64,000 nucleotides of DNA. Source: Burkholderiales bacterium. Lineage in GTDB: Bacteria > Pseudomonadota > Gammaproteobacteria > Burkholderiales > SG8-39. Below the pieces are notes generated by a model. That model did not search any database. It saw only the letters and a program-made list of their open reading frames with translations, and was not told the DNA's origin. The stretch covers positions 1 through 64,000 of the forward strand of contig JBJXGX010000272.1 of NCBI GenBank assembly GCA_046160305.1, in the 5' to 3' direction. Positions 50,707-60,978 of the stretch are shown here, piece by piece (position 1 is the first letter of the stretch; each line of letters begins with the position of its first letter). A program made the position numbers and the translations under genes.

Positions 50707-50767
50707 GAGAATGATATTCGCCGTTACCGCGAATCGCGGCGGGACGTCGATAGTGAGACGACGTTCA

Positions 50768-50782
50768 TTCGAATTTATCGAA
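50768..50782. promoter_or_regulatory. candidate LysR-type operator dyad TTCGA-N5-TCGAA in an AT-rich divergent promoter region
   Basis: ttcgaatttatcgaa fits T-N11-A. It lies in the 157-bp GC-poor gap between the lysR remnant and the 50864 gene. Confidence 0.25.
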
Positions 50783-50863
50783 TCTTAAGTAAGAAACATT
50801 CGCATTTACTTGAACGAAAAATTTCCCGATACTGCGCTCTTCTCGATCAGAAAGGAAATTGTC

Positions 50864-51472
50864 ATGAATAGGCTTGGTTTCCTGGCCTACGCGGCCAACT
50901 TCGCACCGAGGATCGCCAAAGTGCGCGGTTCGACGTGGGTCGCCTTTGCCGTCGGCTTGTTACTGCTGTTCGCCGTGGCGATATGGGCCGGACTGGCTCT
51001 CATCGGCTGGCTATGGGGACATGTCCAGACCCTGTCAGGGCCCGCATCGGACTCGGTGCGTAGTGCCACGCAGGGCGTCATCGAGCAAGCGGGAAAGATG
51101 GTGCCGGGCGCCCGTGAAAAGCTCGGCGAACTCATACCCGCTTTGAAGGAGGACGCATCGGCAACCGAGTCATTGCGCGATGTTTCCGGCAGTGATTTGG
51201 GGCCGGTGGAACGCTATCCGGGTTTGGTGCGCATCAGCTGGCAAAAGAACGGCGCGCAGGCGGTGGTGGAGTACGGCGGCAAAGCAGATTACACGTCGGT
51301 GCTTGGGCACTACGCCAAGGCGTTCGCGGCGCTGGGTTACACGCAAAGCGTGGAGTCAGCGACCCAGGATACCGAGCGACACACTTACACGAAACAAGGC
51401 GAACGCTTGATTTTCGCGATCGCGCAACCATCTAAGGGTGGCGTAAGGGTGCGGATCGAAACCACCCTCTAA
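50864..51472 (+). CDS. hypothetical membrane-anchored protein
   Basis: ATG at 50864 with AAAGGAAA RBS. An N-terminal TM helix and a soluble 150-aa domain. No family recognised. Confidence 0.5.
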   Translation: MNRLGFLAYAANFAPRIAKVRGSTWVAFAVGLLLLFAVAIWAGLALIGWLWGHVQTLSGPASDSVRSATQGVIEQAGKMVPGAREKLGELIPALKEDASATESLRDVSGSDLGPVERYPGLVRISWQKNGAQAVVEYGGKADYTSVLGHYAKAFAALGYTQSVESATQDTERHTYTKQGERLIFAIAQPSKGGVRVRIETTL

Positions 51473-51506
51473 TGATTGCCCCGTTACACTCTGCGAGAAC
51501 GCCTTC

Positions 51507-52382
51507 ATGAAACGCGTCCTGCTTTTTCTTGGTACCAATGTAGCCATCGTGCTGGTGCTGTCGGTCACGATGCGGGTTCTTGGCGTCGAGCCTTACCTCA
51601 ATGCCAATGGCCTCGATCTCACTTCGCTATTGATCTTTGCCGCGGTGATGGGTTTTGGCGGCTCGTTCATCTCGCTCGCGATCTCCAAGTGGACCGCCAA
51701 GCGGGCGATGGGCGTGCGGGTGATCGAAACACCAGCGAATGACACCGAGCTCTGGTTGGTGGACACCGTCCGCAAGTACGCCGCGCAAGCGGGCATCAAG
51801 ATGCCTGAGGTTGGAATATTCGATTCGCCGGAAATGAACGCCTTTGCCACCGGCATGAGCAAGAACAGCTCACTCATCGCGGTCTCCACCGGTCTCTTGC
51901 GGCAAATGACACGCAAGGAAGCCGAGGCAGTCGTCGGGCATGAGGTGGCTCACGCCGCCAACGGTGACATGGTGACCCTCGCGCTGATACAAGGTGTGGT
52001 GAATACCTTCGTCATATTTCTTTCCCGCGTAATTGGTCATGTCGTGGACAAGGTCGTCTTCAAGACTGAACGCGGCCACGGCCCGGCGTTCTTCGTCACC
52101 ATGGTCGTTGCCGAGCTCGTATTGGGGGTACTCGCCTCCATCATCGTCATGTGGTTCTCGCGACGGCGCGAATTCCGTGCCGATCAGGGCGGCGCCGATC
52201 TAGCCGGACGACAGAACATGATCGCTGCACTCGAGCGCTTGAGCGCGCGGCGCCCGGAAGGCCTTCCCGACAAGATGGCCGCCTTCGGCATCGCCGGCGG
52301 CCGTGGCGGTGGCATCAAGCGACTGTTCATGACGCATCCGCCGCTGGAAGAACGAATCGCTGCGCTGCGAGAAGCGAAGTAG
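51507..52382 (+). CDS. htpX: zinc metalloprotease HtpX (M48 family)
   Basis: 291 aa. HEVAH zinc motif, N-terminal TM helices and the conserved HtpX C-terminus. Confidence 0.9.
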   Translation: MKRVLLFLGTNVAIVLVLSVTMRVLGVEPYLNANGLDLTSLLIFAAVMGFGGSFISLAISKWTAKRAMGVRVIETPANDTELWLVDTVRKYAAQAGIKMPEVGIFDSPEMNAFATGMSKNSSLIAVSTGLLRQMTRKEAEAVVGHEVAHAANGDMVTLALIQGVVNTFVIFLSRVIGHVVDKVVFKTERGHGPAFFVTMVVAELVLGVLASIIVMWFSRRREFRADQGGADLAGRQNMIAALERLSARRPEGLPDKMAAFGIAGGRGGGIKRLFMTHPPLEERIAALREAK

Positions 52383-52550
52383 CGGCCACGGCACAAGCGA
52401 GCAATACCATGTCACACCTCGACACGACGAACCATAGGACCTTGAACAATGCGATTGCCAATCCGTCGAACTGCAGGAGGTTCATGGCGCCGCATCGCAT
52501 CGTCACGGCGTCATACCGACGCGCGGAATGCGTAAGGGGGCGTCTACGCA

Positions 52551-53243
52551 GTGCGTCAATCCATTGAATCGAGCATGTCGGGGCACGCCGATCGATACCA
52601 CTACTTGACCATCCCGATCAGTCTTGCATCAATCGCCGCAATCGCGCTCATCGGCGCGCATTGGATATGCCATGGTGCCTCCTGCACAGCGCATTCGCTG
52701 GATGCGCGAGTCCTCCACTGGTTCGCCAGTAACCGCTCCCCGCTGCTGGACGATTTACTATCGATATTCACTTGGCTCGGCTCACTTGCGGTACTCCTGC
52801 CGCTCGCAGCCTTTGCAATTCTGTGTCTGATCCGATTGCAAAGGCATCGCGAAGCGATCTTCGTCGGCGCGGCCCTCGTGGGAATCAGCGCATTGACTCA
52901 CTGGATGAAATGGGCGGTTGCGCGACCGCGACCCAATTGGCATGAAGCGGTGGTCGCCATGCCCATCGATCTCTCCTTTCCAAGTGCCCATGCTGCGCAG
53001 ATCACAGCGTTTGTGATTGCCCTTGTCGTCGTGCTCAAGCACCTCAGGATGCCTCGACTGGAACACATCGCGGCGTTCGGTGCAATACTCATCCTGATCG
53101 TCAGCGTATCGCGGCTATACCTGCAGGTACATTTTCCATCCGATGTGCTGGCCGGATGTCTCGCGGCTGCGCTCTGGGTTGCAGCCTTAGCCCACCTGCT
53201 GCCGGTTCGGCATGACGCGCCGCGCGGCGTTGCCAACGATTGA
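52551..53243 (+). CDS. PAP2-family phosphatase (membrane)
   Basis: Contains KxxxxxxRP, PSAHA and SRLYLQVHFPSDV PAP2 motifs. Start codon uncertain (GTG 52551 or ATG 52575). Confidence 0.7.
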   Translation: MRQSIESSMSGHADRYHYLTIPISLASIAAIALIGAHWICHGASCTAHSLDARVLHWFASNRSPLLDDLLSIFTWLGSLAVLLPLAAFAILCLIRLQRHREAIFVGAALVGISALTHWMKWAVARPRPNWHEAVVAMPIDLSFPSAHAAQITAFVIALVVVLKHLRMPRLEHIAAFGAILILIVSVSRLYLQVHFPSDVLAGCLAAALWVAALAHLLPVRHDAPRGVAND

Positions 53244-53253
53244 CTGGACTCCC

Positions 53254-53631
53254 ATGAAAAACAAATTCACCGGTACCGGCGAGCGCGGCTACCACCCACT
53301 TCGCAAGATTGCAACAGTGATCTCGGGACTGCGGTTCGCAGTCGTTCACGATTTCAGCGTTGCGTACAAGTTGGTGCTGTCGGCGGTGATGCTGATCGCA
53401 GTGCTCGCCTTGCGCGATTGGATCGATGCCCTGCTCATCTTGCTTGCGACCGGTTTAGTGCTCGTTGCTGAGATCTTCAACAGTGCCATCGAAGCGATTT
53501 GCGACTTTGTTGAAGAGCGTCACAATGAAAAAATAAAAGTGATCAAGGACGTCGCCGCCGCAGCCGTTGGGATCAGCATCGTCGTATGGGCCATCGTTCT
53601 TGGCGCCGAGCTTAGCAAGCTATGGGCCTGA
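53254..53631 (+). CDS. dgkA: diacylglycerol kinase DgkA (prokaryotic type)
   Basis: Start at MKNKFTGTGERGYH. 125 aa, three TM helices, and the conserved EIFNSAIEAICD motif. Confidence 0.8.
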   Translation: MKNKFTGTGERGYHPLRKIATVISGLRFAVVHDFSVAYKLVLSAVMLIAVLALRDWIDALLILLATGLVLVAEIFNSAIEAICDFVEERHNEKIKVIKDVAAAAVGISIVVWAIVLGAELSKLWA

Positions 53632-53846
53632 AATCGCCACGAAACAAAGGTGCGATGTCTCCCGGCCCCAAGCGCAGGCATCGCATCTCCGCGGTGTGGC
53701 AAGGATTGCGCTCCATTGTCGGTGCCGATCCTAGCAATGACCGAACATCATCCGATTTATACGAAACTTCCGTTCCCATTTATCTGCTTTTTATGAATTA
53801 TCGACTCGGCTATCCTGCGATCACCTAAAGCACTTGGAGATCGAGA

Positions 53847-54002
53847 ATGGCTGATATTGCGATCGGCATTGCATTGCTGGGGGCACTGACCTTCGTGGTG
53901 GCCGGCTACGAGCATGCACGGAAAAACCCGCGCGACGCAATGGTCCTTGCGGGCTTTGGCGCCCTATTCACGGTTGGTGCGGGCGCTGCCTGGTTCGCTT
54001 GA
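53847..54002 (+). CDS. candidate small hydrophobic protein (51 aa)
   Basis: ATG at 53847 preceded by GGAGATCGAGA. The product MADIAIGIALLGALTFVVAGYEHARKNPRDAMVLAGFGALFTVGAGAAWFA predicts two TM helices. It is below the ORF-table size cutoff. Confidence 0.25.
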   Translation: MADIAIGIALLGALTFVVAGYEHARKNPRDAMVLAGFGALFTVGAGAAWFA

Positions 54003-54128
54003 TAGCATCCCACCTATCACCCGATACGAGAGGCGAACTTCGTAGAATGGCTACTCGAGTTTCTTAACCAATCATTTCTTGGCCAAGAAGTTTGACTTTG
54101 GCTCACCTTCCTCGCCATCGTCGTCGCC

Positions 54129-55028
54129 TTGCTGGCGTTCGATCTTGGCGTTCTACACAAAGGCAATGAAGAGATCGGCATTCGCGAAAGCCTCTTGCTG
54201 TCGGCGGGCTACATCGGTGTAGCGCTCCTGTTCGGCGCTTGGTTGTGGTCACAGCTTGCAGCCGAAAGCGGCATCGAATATTTCACCGGATTCGTCATCG
54301 AGAAATCTCTCTCGATGGACAACGTTTTTGTCATCGCGCTGATCTTTTCCTACTTTCCCATCCCGCGCCAATACCAGCACCGCGTGCTGTTCTGGGGCAT
54401 CCTCGCCGTCATTGTGCTGCGCGCGATCATGATCGGTTTGGGTGCCGCGCTCGTTTCACAGTTCAGCTGGATTCTGTATCTATTCGGTGCGTTCCTCGTG
54501 CTCACCGGTATCAAGATGCTTTGGATGGTCGATCATCAGCCGAACCTGGATCGGAACCCGATGCTGATCTTGCTGCGCAAGATCATGCGCGTGACACCGA
54601 CGCTCCACGGCAGTGCGTTTTTGTCCGGCACCCCGATCCCGTGACGGGCAAGAGCGTACTGTGGGCGACACCTTTGTTCTTCGCGTTATGCCTGGTGGAG
54701 TTCGCTGATCTGATCTTCGCTGTCGACTCCGTTCCCGCCATCTTCGCGATCACGACCGATCCATTCATCGTCTACACCAGCAATGTCTTCGCCATCCTCG
54801 GGCTTGCGTGCCTTGTACTTTGCGTTGGCGGCAATGATCCACCGTTTCAAGTACCTCAAATACGCCCTCACACTGGTCCTGGTGTTCATTGGATCGCAGA
54901 TCTTCTTGGTCGGCATTGTCGGAAAAATTCCGGCTTCCGTGAGCCTATTGGTCACCGCGATCCTGGTCGCAGGCGGCGTGATCATATCGATGTCGAAGAC
55001 TCGCAGCGACCAAGCGGCGTGCGCATGA
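54129..55028 (+). pseudogene. TerC/Alx-family membrane protein gene split over three reading frames (at least 2 frameshifts; N-terminus also disrupted)
   Basis: Frame 1 has ...SMDNVFVIALIFSYFPIP...HGSAFLSGTPIP-stop. Frame 2 has VTGKSVLWATPLFFALCLVEFADLIFAVDSVPAIFAITTDPFIVYTSNVFAILGL. Frame 3 has RALYFALAAMIHRFKYLKYALTLVLVFIG.... Together they are collinear with Alx/TerC. Confidence 0.5.
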
Positions 55029-55170
55029 CCATACTGACTTCGATCTTTCCTCGCACTCCCGTTGGGCACCAGCGCAGCGGCGTTGATTTCGGAACCGAGA
55101 TGTTCGCATCGACCTCGTCTATCCCGGCACTACACATCGTTGGCGATGGTCGATGACAGAAGGATCAGAC

Positions 55171-56063
55171 ATGAACGATGCGGAACGCCGCGGAATCCTG
55201 CTCATCGCGCTTTTTGCCGCCTTTGCCGATGGCGCAAAAGACGAGCGCGAACGCGAGCGCATCAAAGAAATTGGCCGTACCCTCGCGGGCGAGATGGACA
55301 TGGACTTCCCCACGATGCTGCAGGCTGTGCTGCTGAAGCGACAGACTGTGCACGACGCGGCACGCATGCTCGAATCGAACGAATCGAAACAACTGGCATT
55401 CGAGCTGGCCGTCTGCGTGTGCGATGCGGACGGCACGAGCAACGCTGCTGAACGCAGGTTTCTCAAGGAGCTGCGTGTAGCCCTCAATTTGGACTGGGAC
55501 ACTGCGCAGACACTCCAGCGGGAAGCTGATGAAATCTCGGCGTTGCCGTTAGCCGGCCCGGTTGCAGCGGCCACCGAGGCGCCAAGACCCGCCTCGGACG
55601 ACCTGGACAAGACCATTCTCAATTATTCGGTATTGAATGGCGCACTCGAACTGCTTCCGCAATCGGTGGCGACAATGGCGATCATTCCACTGCAGATGAA
55701 GATGGTCTACCGTATCGGCAAAGCGCATGGCTATGAGCTTAATCGCGGTCACGTGAAGGATCTGCTTGCCAGATTGGCGCGGCAATTCTTGGCTCGACGA
55801 TCGACGATGCGAGCATCGCATCGGTCGTCGGTAACATGCCGAGTTCACCAACCGCGATCGCGCCATGGATCGACGAAATTGCCGGATTGGCCGCACCGCT
55901 CTTTACCGGATTGGGGGCCCTCGCGACGGCAGGCGCGCTCTGCGGCTACGTGCTGGTAAAGCGGTCTGGATTGCGCCCATCTGGTGGCGTGCCGCGCGCC
56001 GGCGTGGCACTACGCGCGCATCGAGGCCCGCTAAATCGACGACCCACAGCGACAGGTGATTGA
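55171..56063 (+). pseudogene. TerB-like N-domain protein; reading frame shifts near 55790
   Basis: The N-terminal 140 aa (RRGILLIALFAAFADGAKDERERERIKEI...) are TerB-like. It continues ...PLQMKMVYRIGKAHGYELNRGHVKDLLARLA, then jumps frame to AAILGSTIDDASIASVVGNMPSS...LCGYVLVKRSG. Confidence 0.4.
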
Positions 56064-56234
56064 CTAGGCGGTCTTCAGCTTCGTTCGAAACGAGTAGAGA
56101 TCCGACTCGCTCAACATCTCTATCGCGCGCAGTTGACGCATCCCATCTTCGACCAGCGAGCGCCAATCGTCGCGCAACACCAGCTTGCGTTGAAAGGTGC
56201 TTTCAACAATCTCCCGCACGGCACGCTCAATCAT
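56064..56234 (-). pseudogene. orphan C-terminal coding remnant (unknown family; possibly mobile-element derived)
   Basis: Minus-strand translation TEVPRNRMIERAVREIVESTFQRKLVLRDDWRSLVEDGMRQLRAIEMLSESDLYSFRTKLKTA-stop is preceded by an in-frame stop. It is followed by about 300 nt of GC-poor DNA. Confidence 0.2.
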
Positions 56235-56527
56235 GCGGTTACGGGGACTTCAGTTCAGCATGCAACTGTTGTCGCGCGTCGCGATTTCACAGATTTTTCC
56301 GAACTTCGCGGAACTGCTGAAATGAACTCCGGGAAAGCGGCGGACACCGAACACCAGGCGGGGAATTGCCTATAGTTTTCCATCGGATGGTGCGTTGCGG
56401 GAGTCAGGAAAATTGAGGAACCAGAATAAAATTTCCCTTCGACGACACCCGCTGCTCTTGGCAAGGGATACCACCGAAGGGAGAAGGGGGGCGGAGAGGT
56501 AGCCCTAGAAATCCTCGCGCGCGGCCG

Positions 56528-57004
56528 TCATGCGGCCAACCGCAGTGGAGCGCCGCGCTCCGGCGTGGGCTCGGTGGCACGCAGAAGCCGCTGATACAGG
56601 TCGTCGATGCGAAGATTCCAACGCGTAAGCACGTGTTTGAACATATCCAACTCGACCGCGCTAAGCCCGTCCTCCGCTGCGAGAACATTTAGTGCGAGGA
56701 CGCACACGAGGATGCGCTTTTTCGAATCATCGACTGCCGCAAGGACCCTGTCGATGCGATCTGGATCGAGGAGTTGGATGCGGCCATCGGCATCCTCGGC
56801 GGCAAGTAGATCGGCGCAGAATGAATGGGCGACTTCGACAAAGATAGAGCGCTTGATCCCTAGTAGACGAAATGCCTGGAGGCTGGCCAGCGCGTCGATC
56901 TCGCGCCGGCCGAGTCTGCCATCGCCGATCATCAGCATGAATAAGACCCGGGCGAGGGCCTGCGGGCTGTTGCGTCGGTAGTATCGGATCGGATGTGGCT
57001 TCAT
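56528..57004 (-). CDS. TerB-like small protein
   Basis: 158 aa. LARVLFMLMIGDGRLGRREIDALASL resembles the TerB helical-bundle motif. Confidence 0.45.
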   Translation of the reverse strand: MKPHPIRYYRRNSPQALARVLFMLMIGDGRLGRREIDALASLQAFRLLGIKRSIFVEVAHSFCADLLAAEDADGRIQLLDPDRIDRVLAAVDDSKKRILVCVLALNVLAAEDGLSAVELDMFKHVLTRWNLRIDDLYQRLLRATEPTPERGAPLRLAA

Positions 57005-57062
57005 GTTTGTACCATTTCAGTGGATGTTGGTGAGTGGCAATCGTATGACGGGCGGGGGCCAA

Positions 57063-57434
57063 TCAAGCGGTGGCGCGGATTCGACGGTGACTTGACTGGC
57101 GAGCAGAGCCACCATATGCATCGATCCCATTTCGACCGGACAAGCGAAACTTCCGCGGGCCCGTGAAGCTGGCCTTGGTTTCCGAGGTCCGGGAGTAGGG
57201 GGTGCCGGTCATGACGTCATCGTCATCATCGATCCACGTATCGCTCGTCTTATGCTGACGCCGCAAGCGGTGCTGATCATATTTTGGCGAAGGGTCGAAT
57301 GCTCCATCCTCCCCTAGTTCGAACGCACGTTGTGGTGCGAGGAGTGTCGATCGCCGCGGTTGCTTTACGCTGCCGGGTGCCGTGCCAAGGGCAATGGCAT
57401 CCAGACGGGTGTGCATGATCATGTTTCGCTCCAT
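57063..57434 (-). CDS. hypothetical acidic protein (DDDDDV stretch), co-oriented downstream of the sensor kinase
   Basis: 123-aa ORF with moderate GC3. No homology recognised. Confidence 0.3.
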   Translation of the reverse strand: MERNMIMHTRLDAIALGTAPGSVKQPRRSTLLAPQRAFELGEDGAFDPSPKYDQHRLRRQHKTSDTWIDDDDDVMTGTPYSRTSETKASFTGPRKFRLSGRNGIDAYGGSARQSSHRRIRATA

Positions 57435-57522
57435 TCAAGTTCACGTTTAGGTCGGAGCAGTTTTGCTTGCCGACGTGAATGAAGCATCGGCCGCGCGTGC
57501 CAACGACAATCTGACGACAAGA

Positions 57523-58902
57523 TTACGAATGCGTAAGGATCGGAGAGTTGGCGGGCAGCCGAAATCCAATGCGTGTCGCGTGCCGTTGGCTGGTGGCGAA
57601 CACGTCTCCGCCATGCATACTCGCGATGGCTTTGACGATGGCCAAGCCAAGTCCGTGCTGCTGATCGCGTGCCGTCCGCGCCTTATCGACGCGAAAGAAG
57701 CGCGCAAAGAGATTGGGCAGATGCTGCGGATCGATTTCAGGTCCCGGATTCAATACATACACTTCGATTCCTGCCTCGGTTGGACCGAGGCCGATTTCCA
57801 TCGACCCTCCGCGCGGGGTATAGCGAATGGCATTGCTGACCAGGTTAGAGAGCGCGCGCCGAATTAGTCCGGGATCCGCAGGCACGGTTACTGCACCTGT
57901 GACCGTCGCCTTGATTCCGGCTTCATCGAGCGCGGATTCGTAGTACTCGAGAACCTTCTTGGCTTCTTCGTCCAGACGCACGCTTTGATATCGCTCGACA
58001 CGTTCCCCGCGATCCGCCCGGGCAAGAAAAAGCATATCGTTCACCATGCTCTTCATCCGCTCGAGTTCCTCCATATTCGGGCCTAGCGTTTCCCGATACA
58101 CAGCCGCGTCGCGCTCTGCTGAGAGGGCCAATTCCGTCCCGGCGATGAGGTTTGCTAGCGGCGTTCGGAGTTCATGCGCGACATCAGCGTTAGACGCCTC
58201 CATTTGTTCATAGGAAAGCGCCAGGCGATCCAGCACGCCGTTGAACGCGGCGCCAAGCTCGCGCAGCTCTGCCGGCAGTGATGAGGTATCGAGCCGCTTG
58301 CCTAGGCGTGCCGGATCAATCATGGCCGCCTCCTCGGCGATTCGCCGAACCGGCGCCAAGGCCCGCCGGGCCACCGCGCGTCCAAGCCCCGCGACGAGAA
58401 CTACGCTCACGATTGTCGCGGCCGCCAGCGCCAGACGAAATTCGGCGAGCGTGCGTTGGATGGCCCGCTCATCCAATGCGACGATAATCTCGGAACCCGG
58501 AAAGGCCTCGCCCTTCGCAAGGGCGCTCACCAAACCGCGCATAGGCACGCCATCTTCCCGAATCACCGCAAGATCGTTACCGTCTCTTGCGGCGATCGTC
58601 GGCATGCGCCGTCCACCATAGATGGCCGCGCCTTGCGAATCGCTGATCCATACCCTCAACTGGCCATGGCCGATGACGATGTCATCGATGATTCGTTGCA
58701 GATTGGACCAGCCGGCGGGGTCTCTCACTTCACTCGCAAGATGCCTGATCAACTCAATTTTCCCGGCGAGCTCTTCGGCTTGGCGGTTGGCCAACTCGCG
58801 CCGCAACTCCATGTAGAGGACGACGCACGCCGCGCCGATGGTGACACAGGCAACCACCGTGAACAGCGCCGTGAGGACGAACGCGATCGAACGATTGCGC
58901 AC
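57523..58902 (-). CDS. heavy-metal sensor histidine kinase (CusS/CzcS-like)
   Basis: GTG start. Two TM helices flank a periplasmic domain. H-box [14 protein letters not shown] domain, and the N, G1 and G2 boxes are present. Confidence 0.85.
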   Translation of the reverse strand: MRNRSIAFVLTALFTVVACVTIGAACVVLYMELRRELANRQAEELAGKIELIRHLASEVRDPAGWSNLQRIIDDIVIGHGQLRVWISDSQGAAIYGGRRMPTIAARDGNDLAVIREDGVPMRGLVSALAKGEAFPGSEIIVALDERAIQRTLAEFRLALAAATIVSVVLVAGLGRAVARRALAPVRRIAEEAAMIDPARLGKRLDTSSLPAELRELGAAFNGVLDRLALSYEQMEASNADVAHELRTPLANLIAGTELALSAERDAAVYRETLGPNMEELERMKSMVNDMLFLARADRGERVERYQSVRLDEEAKKVLEYYESALDEAGIKATVTGAVTVPADPGLIRRALSNLVSNAIRYTPRGGSMEIGLGPTEAGIEVYVLNPGPEIDPQHLPNLFARFFRVDKARTARDQQHGLGLAIVKAIASMHGGDVFATSQRHATRIGFRLPANSPILTHS

Positions 58903-59582
58903 AGTCTGCGGTCCGCCCGATCCTCGATCACGTAGCCCATGCCACGAACGGTATGCAGCAACCTCTTCGGATAGGGATCGTCAAGCTTCGCGCGCAGTCG
59001 GCGGACCGCGACCTCGACGACATTCGTGTCGCTGTCGAAATTCATGTCCCACACCTGCTCGGCGAGCTGCGACCGGGAGAGGACCTGGCCGCGCCGGCGC
59101 AGCAGGACCGAAAGTAGTGTGAACTCCTTGGCGGTGAGATCCAATCGATCTCCCGAACGGAACGCGCGGCGGCTCGCCAGATCGACTTCGAGGTCGGCGA
59201 GCTTGAGCGCCGTCGATTCCTGAGTACGCCCGCGCCGGAGCAAAGCCTGAATGCGGGCCAATAGCTCTGAAAAGGCGAACGGTTTCACCAGATAGTCGTC
59301 GGCACCGCTTTGCAGGCCCCGTACGCGATCGTCGATCTTGTCGCGCGCGGTGAGCATCAATACCGGAGTGCCCTTCGATCGGCGCAGCGCGGCCAGCACC
59401 CCAAAGCCGTCTACGCCGGGCAGCATCACATCGAGCACGACCAGGTCATACTCGCCCTCCGTCGCAAGATGCCGGCCATCGATGCCATTGCGCGCCAGAT
59501 CGACCACGAAGCCGTTTTCGGTGAGCGCCTTCTGGAGATAGTCGGCGGTCTTGTGTTCGTCCTCGACAATCAAAACACGCAT
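58749..59582 (-). CDS. OmpR-family response regulator (CusR/CzcR-like); no stop codon at the expected end, reads about 51 codons into the kinase gene
   Basis: MRVLIVEDE..., D51-equivalent VVLDVMLP, and a winged-helix ending GMGYVIEDR at about 58905. The frame stays open to 58749. Confidence 0.8.
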   Translation of the reverse strand: MRVLIVEDEHKTADYLQKALTENGFVVDLARNGIDGRHLATEGEYDLVVLDVMLPGVDGFGVLAALRRSKGTPVLMLTARDKIDDRVRGLQSGADDYLVKPFAFSELLARIQALLRRGRTQESTALKLADLEVDLASRRAFRSGDRLDLTAKEFTLLSVLLRRRGQVLSRSQLAEQVWDMNFDSDTNVVEVAVRRLRAKLDDPYPKRLLHTVRGMGYVIEDRADRRLCAIVRSRSSSRRCSRWLPVSPSARRASSSTWSCGASWPTAKPKSSPGKLS

Positions 59583-59724
59583 GAACATGGAGTTCCGAGA
59601 AGGTGGGTTCGATGGTATCGCCAGCGCAAGGACCCATTCATTACAAATTCGTAATCACCCGGTAAGCGAAACATCCCCATCAGCGCTTTAGTCTTGATGA
59701 AATGTTTGTGCGTGGAGCGCGCCG

Positions 59725-60084
59725 ATGAATAATGAGAGATTAGCGTGTCTGACGATGGCTGGGTTGGTTGCGTGGGGCTTTTACCCAGCCGACGGCATGG
59801 CCGAGAGCGCGTCGACCCGCGGGTGGGCGCCGAATCGAATCACCGAGGCCTCATACCGGCCGGACTTGTTCGTGGACGGTGTGGTGCGGATGGTGGATCG
59901 CGCCGGTGGCAATATCATCTTGCGCCATGGTCCGATTGAGAATCTTGGGATCCCACCCATGACGATGACGTTTCGGATAATCGATTCGCGCCTGATCGAA
60001 TCCCTCGAAGCGGGAACTGCCGTACGATTTGCGGCCGACCGCCTTGAAGGCAAGTTCACGATCGTGCATCTTGAGCGTCGGTAG
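59725..60084 (+). CDS. cusF: CusF-like periplasmic Cu(I)/Ag(I)-binding protein
   Basis: Signal peptide. HGPIENLGIPPMTMTFRI matches the CusF H..M.M metal site and the MTM(R/T)F motif. Confidence 0.65.
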   Translation: MNNERLACLTMAGLVAWGFYPADGMAESASTRGWAPNRITEASYRPDLFVDGVVRMVDRAGGNIILRHGPIENLGIPPMTMTFRIIDSRLIESLEAGTAVRFAADRLEGKFTIVHLERR

Positions 60085-60219
60085 TCTGAGCATTGATCAA
60101 CACGCGAATTTCCCAGCCGAGCCTCCCTTGAAGCTGCTTGCGGGCGCCTCCATATAGGGCACGGCGGTGGCGATCGGTTGCGCGCGACCAGGGAAAAATC
60201 GTTCCGGAATGGAAGGCCC

Positions 60220-60918
60220 ATGCAAACACTTCGCAAGGCAAATGAACGGGGTCATGCCGACCACGGTTGGTTGCGTTCCTTTCACAGCTTTTCGTTCGCC
60301 GACTATCACGATCCCGATCACATGGGGTTCGGTCCGCTGCGCGTGATCAACGAAGACCGTGTGCAACCAGGTAAGGGGTTCGGCACGCACGGTCATCGCG
60401 ATATGGAAATCATCAGCTACGTTCTCGATGGTGCCCTGGAACACAAAGACAGCATCGGCACCGGATCCGTGATCCGTCCGGGGGATGTGCAGCGCATGAG
60501 CGCGGGCAAAGGCATCCGGCATAGCGAATTCAATCCCTCGCCAGGCGAGCTTGTTCATTTTCTGCAAATCTGGATCGAACCAAACCTCACCGGCATCGAA
60601 CCAAGCTATGAGCAGAAGCATTTCGATGCACCCGCCAAGCGCGGCAAGCTGCGGCTCGTCGCATCGCCCGATGGCCGCGAAGATTCAGTGAAGATTCACC
60701 AGGACGCCTACATGTTTGCCGGCCTGTTCGACAACGGCGAAGGCGCGGTCTACGAACTTGCTTTCGGGCGCCAAGCGTATATCCACGTCGCGCGTGGCAC
60801 GGTAACGATCAACGGCAATTCGCTAGTCGCGGGCGACGCATTGAAGCTCAGCGAGCTGTCCAAAGTGTCGGTCGAAAACGGCAAAGACGCGGAGGTGCTG
60901 CTCTTCGATTTGTCGTAA
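60220..60918 (+). CDS. pirin-family protein (cupin)
   Basis: The ATG at 60220 follows GGAAGG. Contains HPHRGFETVTY-like HGHRDMEIISYV and the second cupin motif. Confidence 0.8.
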   Translation: MQTLRKANERGHADHGWLRSFHSFSFADYHDPDHMGFGPLRVINEDRVQPGKGFGTHGHRDMEIISYVLDGALEHKDSIGTGSVIRPGDVQRMSAGKGIRHSEFNPSPGELVHFLQIWIEPNLTGIEPSYEQKHFDAPAKRGKLRLVASPDGREDSVKIHQDAYMFAGLFDNGEGAVYELAFGRQAYIHVARGTVTINGNSLVAGDALKLSELSKVSVENGKDAEVLLFDLS

Positions 60919-60978
60919 GCTCCCACGCGATCGGAAGAGCAGTAAAAACCGGGTTGATGTTCCGGCACACTTTGCAAC

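Noticed and set aside
54000-54130. yybP-ykoY Mn riboswitch upstream of the TerC/Alx gene
   Set aside because: The conserved GGGGAGUA and UUGACAUA...GCAAGAC cores were not found. Only a small ORF and an RBS are present.
55903-56166. 87-aa minus-strand ORF from the table
   Set aside because: Arg/Ala-rich with no features. A different minus frame (56064-56234) gives a more protein-like C-terminal remnant.
58749-58902. Genuine 51-codon C-terminal tail on the response regulator
   Set aside because: The tail ([26 protein letters not shown]...) is low-complexity and is simply the out-of-frame kinase N-terminus. It more likely reflects a lost stop or indel than a functional extension. The regulator is kept as a CDS with this caveat.
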